DNA of 64,000 bases, from the IMG/VR virus record IMGVR_UViG_3300037149_000100, one strand, 5' to 3'. The number at the start of each line of letters is the position of its first letter. Position 1 is the first letter of the stretch. Positions 60,088-64,000 of this stretch are shown here, one piece after another. The notes below the pieces were generated by a model. It was not told the origin of the DNA and did not search any database. It saw nothing but the letters and a program-made list of their open reading frames with translations. A program made the position numbers and the translations under genes. This stretch comes from a virus.

Positions 60088-60824
60088 AAGCTCACACAGT
60101 TAGGCCAGATGTCCCGGTGGCGGCAGCGGATCGGCGAGGAGTGTCATTAGCTTCGGTTAGAAGCTCACACAGTTAGAAGTCGCTCTTCAGCAGTACGGAG
60201 TGGACGTTGTGTCATTAGCTTCGGTTAGAAGCTCACACAGTTAGATGCTGCGGAGCAGTGGGGACTCGGGGAAGATTTGCGTGTCATTAGCTTCGGTTAG
60301 AAGCTCACACAGTTAGCGGTCGGAGAGCTTCTGGAGCCTATGGAGGTTTCCGGGTGTCATTAGCTTCGGTTAGAAGCTCACACAGTTAGATGCTGCGGAG
60401 CAGCGGGGATTCGGGAAAAATCTGCGTGTCATTAGCTTCGGTTAGAAGCTCACACAGTTAGCGGCGATGCTGTTGGCCATGGCGGTGACCGGAGCCCTGG
60501 TGTCATTAGCTTCGGTTAGAAGCTCACACAGTTAGCTGATTAGCAGCCCCATTCATGAGCGCGTAACTCCAGTGTCATTAGCTTCGGTTAGAAGCTCACA
60601 CAGTTAGCAGTTCGATGAGGCCATACAGAATAAGCGATTCACGTGTCATTAGCTTCGGTTAGAAGCTCACACAGTTAGGAGGTGGCTGAAATCCTAAAGA
60701 ATCTGGAGATTAACCCGTGTCATTAGCTTCGGTTAGAAGCTCACACAGTTAGTTGGGAACCTGAGCGGTGTAATGTTCGCGTCTCTGAGTGTCATTAGCT
60801 TCGGTTAGAAGCTCACACAGTTAG
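60068..60824 (-). CRISPR. CRISPR array: 11 identical 36-bp repeats, 10 spacers of 32-38 bp
   Basis: Repeat on - strand CTAACTGTGTGAGCTTCTAACCGAAGCTAATGACAC with AGCTTC/GAAGCT hairpin; starts at 60068, 60141, 60209, 60281, 60354, 60426, 60500, 60572, 60643, 60717, 60789. Orientation inferred from the cas gene and leader. Confidence 0.98.
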
Positions 60825-61022
60825 GGGTTGACTCACAAATAGCGGCAATCATGGAGTTTATGATAGCGATTTCGAGCAGTCTAGTCATTTCTTTGGAAAC
60901 TTCTGGAATGGCCCTCATTCGCACAGCCTAAATAGCTGATACGTATGATTCGAGCGACTCCCAGGCCCCCCTCACCTAACCTCTCGCCAAATTGTCAAAG
61001 ATCCTCACCCTACATAATACTC
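60825..61022 (-). promoter_or_regulatory. CRISPR leader
   Basis: ~195-bp non-coding gap between cas stop and array; phage GAGTATTAT box overlaps the cas stop codon. Confidence 0.65.
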
Positions 61023-63804
61023 AGAACGGCATCTTCTCGATCTCGACCCGTTGCTTGAGCAGATCTCGCCGCAGATTACGCTCCGTCTTGTCAATCCACT
61101 CCACCCCATCCAGATACCATGTGGGTCCGGTTCCGGTCAGATGTGTCCTGGCCGCTTCGAGCGATCCGAATTGATAGAGGAGGCAGCCCTTCATTCGCTT
61201 CGCTCCCTCGTCCGAACCCTTCAGATAGACCTGATGCAGATCCGTATGTCGGGAAAAGAATCGGTGGCCGATGTTCTTCGCTGCGTTGATGTCAGACGGC
61301 ACCGATTCGATTTGGCCATCCGGCGTGAGGAAGAACAAATCCCGACCCTTCCGGTACCCAATCCGACCACTCTCATGATGCACCTGAGAGGTCTGAGCCT
61401 CAGAGACGGTTACGACTCCGATCCCATACCACTGAGCCGCATTAATGATCGCATCCTTAACTCGTTTTGGAGACCAGAAAGCAGTGAGGAAGTTCTCATC
61501 CCGCTGATTCAGAGTCTTGCCATACCCCTCAAGGTCTTCTAGCACGATCAGGCAGCAATCATTCTGATGAGCGATACGGACGATCTTCGAAGCAAGTTGC
61601 TTGAGGAAGTTATCCTTGCAGCCATTGTAATCCAGCTTCTGCTGTTCCAAACAGATGGGAATGCGAGAGTTATCCGTACCCAGATAGCTGAGGGATCGGG
61701 TGACCCGTTTCCGCTGTTCAAGGATGTTGAGCCACTTGAAATCCTGATCGAACTTCTGATCAGCCATTTGGTTCTGGGACAGATACGACCGCCTCCGATT
61801 CCGCAACGCTCCGAACTGGAGTGTCACATACTTGAACAGAATATTGATGAGGAAGCTGAAATCCTTCTTGACAGACTCCAAGTTGTTTTCGTATCGCTTC
61901 ATCATCTGATCCATCTGATACAAAGGATCCGGATCCTTGCTGAACTGTTCGAAGATCTGACTCCTTCGCTGACCCGCCACCTTGTAGTCAGCGAAGAACC
62001 GCTGAACCGTATGAATCATATCAACCAGATGAGAGTCAGCCTTCAGACCTTTGCCCTTCGAACTGGATTTGACCTGACCGATCAGATGACCCAGGTTCTT
62101 ATATGCGTAGAACAATTCCGTGTAATCCGGGTCATCAGCAATCTCCATCTCTCCACTGTTCAGAATTTGAGACGGATTCGCCACACCTGTGATGGTTGAT
62201 TCGGTGACGGCCCAGGCGAAAGGACTGCGGATACCCAGGTCCACTGACATCACCTTATAGGTCTTACCCTGAATCAGATTGAACCGTTCAACCGTCTTCT
62301 CCGTATCCTTCGACAGATCTGAACCCGTAGCCGCTGCGGAAAGGTAATACTGCAAGGCAATGTGTTCCTCAGAGGCTCTCATCCCCTCTACGGACATACT
62401 GAGCCGCAGGAAGAACGCTCCGTTCCGATAAACCAGAACCGGTTCCTTGCAAATAGCCGAACGCTCCGTTCCCTTGCGAACAAAGTTCAGGTAGGTGGAT
62501 TCACCTTCTGGATTAGACCAGATTTGGAGATCCTGAAGATAAGAAGTGGGCTTCAGAGTTGAACGATGCCCTCGGAGTCCCTTGGTGTTCATCGCTATGG
62601 TATAAACTTCAAAGTTGAAGTTCTCTTTCCGGTCCCCAACCTTGACATACAGCCGCTCCACCTTTCGACCGTTCCGCATCAACACATCCTTGTCGTTATC
62701 CCAAATCACTCGATCAGGAAGCTCAGAGCCCGTAGCACTGATCAGATGCTTGGTGTAATTCCCACCCAGCAGGTAATAGAACCGATGGTAGTCAGCCTCA
62801 CCGACAAACGCATAAGCGGCAGTCTTCCGATGAGCCCGATGGGACATGATGGCTTCGAGCAGATGGAGATGTTTGAGGATCAGGGGCTTGGGGATCAGAT
62901 CATCCTCAGAGGTCTCCAACGTGTTCCACAGTTCCGGCATTTCAGCTAGCAATTCGTAGAACTTAATATCCAGGCTAAAGTCAATATGCTTCTGCCCCAC
63001 ATCCTTTCGATTCGATTTCAGATAGAAATGCTCGGTCGGAATCGTGCGTTGCTGAAGAGCCGGGATGATACAATCCCTCAGATAGTGATGAACCCGCTCA
63101 TCGAAATGACCGATCAGGTTCAGACCGATACAGGTATCAAAGAACCGCAACAGGCTCTGCCGAATCCGAACCGGAACCTCAGCTTTCATCTGCTGGATTT
63201 GAACCTCTTCCGCCGCATAGGACTCTTCGGTCATCCGCTTCATTTCGATCCAACTCTTCAGATCAGACATCACATCCTTAGTGATGGCTTTCCGTTCTGG
63301 GGCGAACAGCGTAGCGGTGAAAGGAGGGCGGGAGAAGAAGCCGATATGCTTCAACGTATTGGAGACCCGAAACAAGAATTGACTGTTGTGGCTCTTCGGA
63401 TCCGCCACATATTCGGTCAGAACGGCCCAATCCTCGGCGGTCATCTGATCCGTCTGGATTGCCCCTTCGAACAACTTCGTATACATATGATTGCCTTGCT
63501 GACAGTTCAGCAGGCCCAACCACAAAGCCTTCAGGCAATTGCTGAATTGCTCGTAACTGATGGTCCGGTCGGTCCGCTCGTAGAGAGCCTTACGCTGAGC
63601 CGTCAGATCCACCCTTTCACATCCGAGTTCTCGGCTGGTCTGATTCTGGGTCTTCTGCTCCACCCAATCCAGCCCCCAGCAGGGGACTTCATTGTAAAGT
63701 GCATGATATGTCTTGAAGCACCGCTCATACCGATCCCAGAACTGGTCCTTCCGCAGATCGGTCTTCAGTTCGATCACTCTTACTCCACTCAACTCCTTTG
63801 TCAT
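61021..63804 (-). CDS. cas12: type V CRISPR effector (Cas12 family, ~927 aa)
   Basis: RuvC-I VMSVDLGIR, RuvC-II IVLEDL, RuvC-III SDINAAKNIG; adjacent to array; AAAGGAG RBS before ATG at 63804. Confidence 0.93.
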   Translation of the reverse strand: MTKELSGVRVIELKTDLRKDQFWDRYERCFKTYHALYNEVPCWGLDWVEQKTQNQTSRELGCERVDLTAQRKALYERTDRTISYEQFSNCLKALWLGLLNCQQGNHMYTKLFEGAIQTDQMTAEDWAVLTEYVADPKSHNSQFLFRVSNTLKHIGFFSRPPFTATLFAPERKAITKDVMSDLKSWIEMKRMTEESYAAEEVQIQQMKAEVPVRIRQSLLRFFDTCIGLNLIGHFDERVHHYLRDCIIPALQQRTIPTEHFYLKSNRKDVGQKHIDFSLDIKFYELLAEMPELWNTLETSEDDLIPKPLILKHLHLLEAIMSHRAHRKTAAYAFVGEADYHRFYYLLGGNYTKHLISATGSELPDRVIWDNDKDVLMRNGRKVERLYVKVGDRKENFNFEVYTIAMNTKGLRGHRSTLKPTSYLQDLQIWSNPEGESTYLNFVRKGTERSAICKEPVLVYRNGAFFLRLSMSVEGMRASEEHIALQYYLSAAATGSDLSKDTEKTVERFNLIQGKTYKVMSVDLGIRSPFAWAVTESTITGVANPSQILNSGEMEIADDPDYTELFYAYKNLGHLIGQVKSSSKGKGLKADSHLVDMIHTVQRFFADYKVAGQRRSQIFEQFSKDPDPLYQMDQMMKRYENNLESVKKDFSFLINILFKYVTLQFGALRNRRRSYLSQNQMADQKFDQDFKWLNILEQRKRVTRSLSYLGTDNSRIPICLEQQKLDYNGCKDNFLKQLASKIVRIAHQNDCCLIVLEDLEGYGKTLNQRDENFLTAFWSPKRVKDAIINAAQWYGIGVVTVSEAQTSQVHHESGRIGYRKGRDLFFLTPDGQIESVPSDINAAKNIGHRFFSRHTDLHQVYLKGSDEGAKRMKGCLLYQFGSLEAARTHLTGTGPTWYLDGVEWIDKTERNLRRDLLKQRVEIEKMPF

Positions 63805-63930
63805 GTCTGGCTCTCCTTTGAGCGTGTGCTGCGATGAGCATCTATAGGGATGATACCGCATCTTGCAAGAGTTTGGATACAAAAATTTCTGAGACATTTC
63901 AAGAAAGTAAAAGTCTAACAATAGTTTATT

Positions 63931-63972
63931 AAAAGGCCGGTGCCGACTCTACGGAGAAGACACCGGCCTTTT
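63931..63972. terminator. inverted repeat / bidirectional terminator-like hairpin
   Basis: AAAAGGCCGGTG...CACCGGCCTTTT. Confidence 0.6.
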
Positions 63973-64000
63973 AATATGAACCTTCGCAGGCCGGTGCCGA

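Noticed and set aside
60104-60788. Self-targeting spacers
   Set aside because: No protospacer noticed in the window; not an exhaustive search
60825-61020. tracrRNA anti-repeat
   Set aside because: No extended complementarity to the repeat seen here or upstream of cas; by-eye check only
61021-63804. TnpB / IS605 element
   Set aside because: More than twice TnpB size, no Cys4 finger, no tnpA or IS ends, and directly linked to a CRISPR array
19999-63837. Long antisense ORFs (e.g. 19999-20859, 47734-48552, 56989-58170, 62986-63837)
   Set aside because: They mirror well-supported genes on the opposite strand; codon-bias shadows with no motifs
63805-63921. 39-aa N-terminal extension of the 966-aa ORF
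   Set aside because: A strong AAAGGAG RBS precedes ATG 63804, and the extension overlaps a promoter-like region
1-64000. Genome-wide TAG recoding (code 15)
   Set aside because: Long genes are intact under code 11 and several end at TAG right before the next gene

Overview
Fragment of a large (jumbo-type) dsDNA phage genome; almost all genes lie on the + strand. 1-13 kb: recombination, replication and nucleotide genes (RuvC-like resolvase, RecA, split Rad50/Mre11, ThyX, NAD-dependent ligase). 13-27 kb: accessory genes, a putative nuclease-methyltransferase pair, Rnl1 RNA ligase, a 944-aa modular protein, and a GC-rich run of tiny genes separated by a TGTCCA motif. 27-40 kb: a translation island with about 30 tRNAs mixed with unusual tRNA-derived RNAs (circularly permuted tRNA-Asn-like RNAs in a conserved TAACAGCAA clamp, an anticodon-less tRNA, a double-T-arm RNA, twin pseudoknots). 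The island opens with a leader-peptide/attenuator-like region and includes a release-factor gene with an RF2-style +1 frameshift site on a UAG codon. 40-60 kb: accessory and envelope genes, an amber-suppressor tRNA, a Pth2-like protein, an FtsH-like protease and an antirepressor. 60-64 kb (- strand): a minimal type V CRISPR system with a ~927-aa RuvC effector and an 11-repeat array, with no cas1/cas2 or tracrRNA seen in the window. Two spacers are synonymous variants of the same protospacer. All family calls come from reading motifs by eye; no searches were run.
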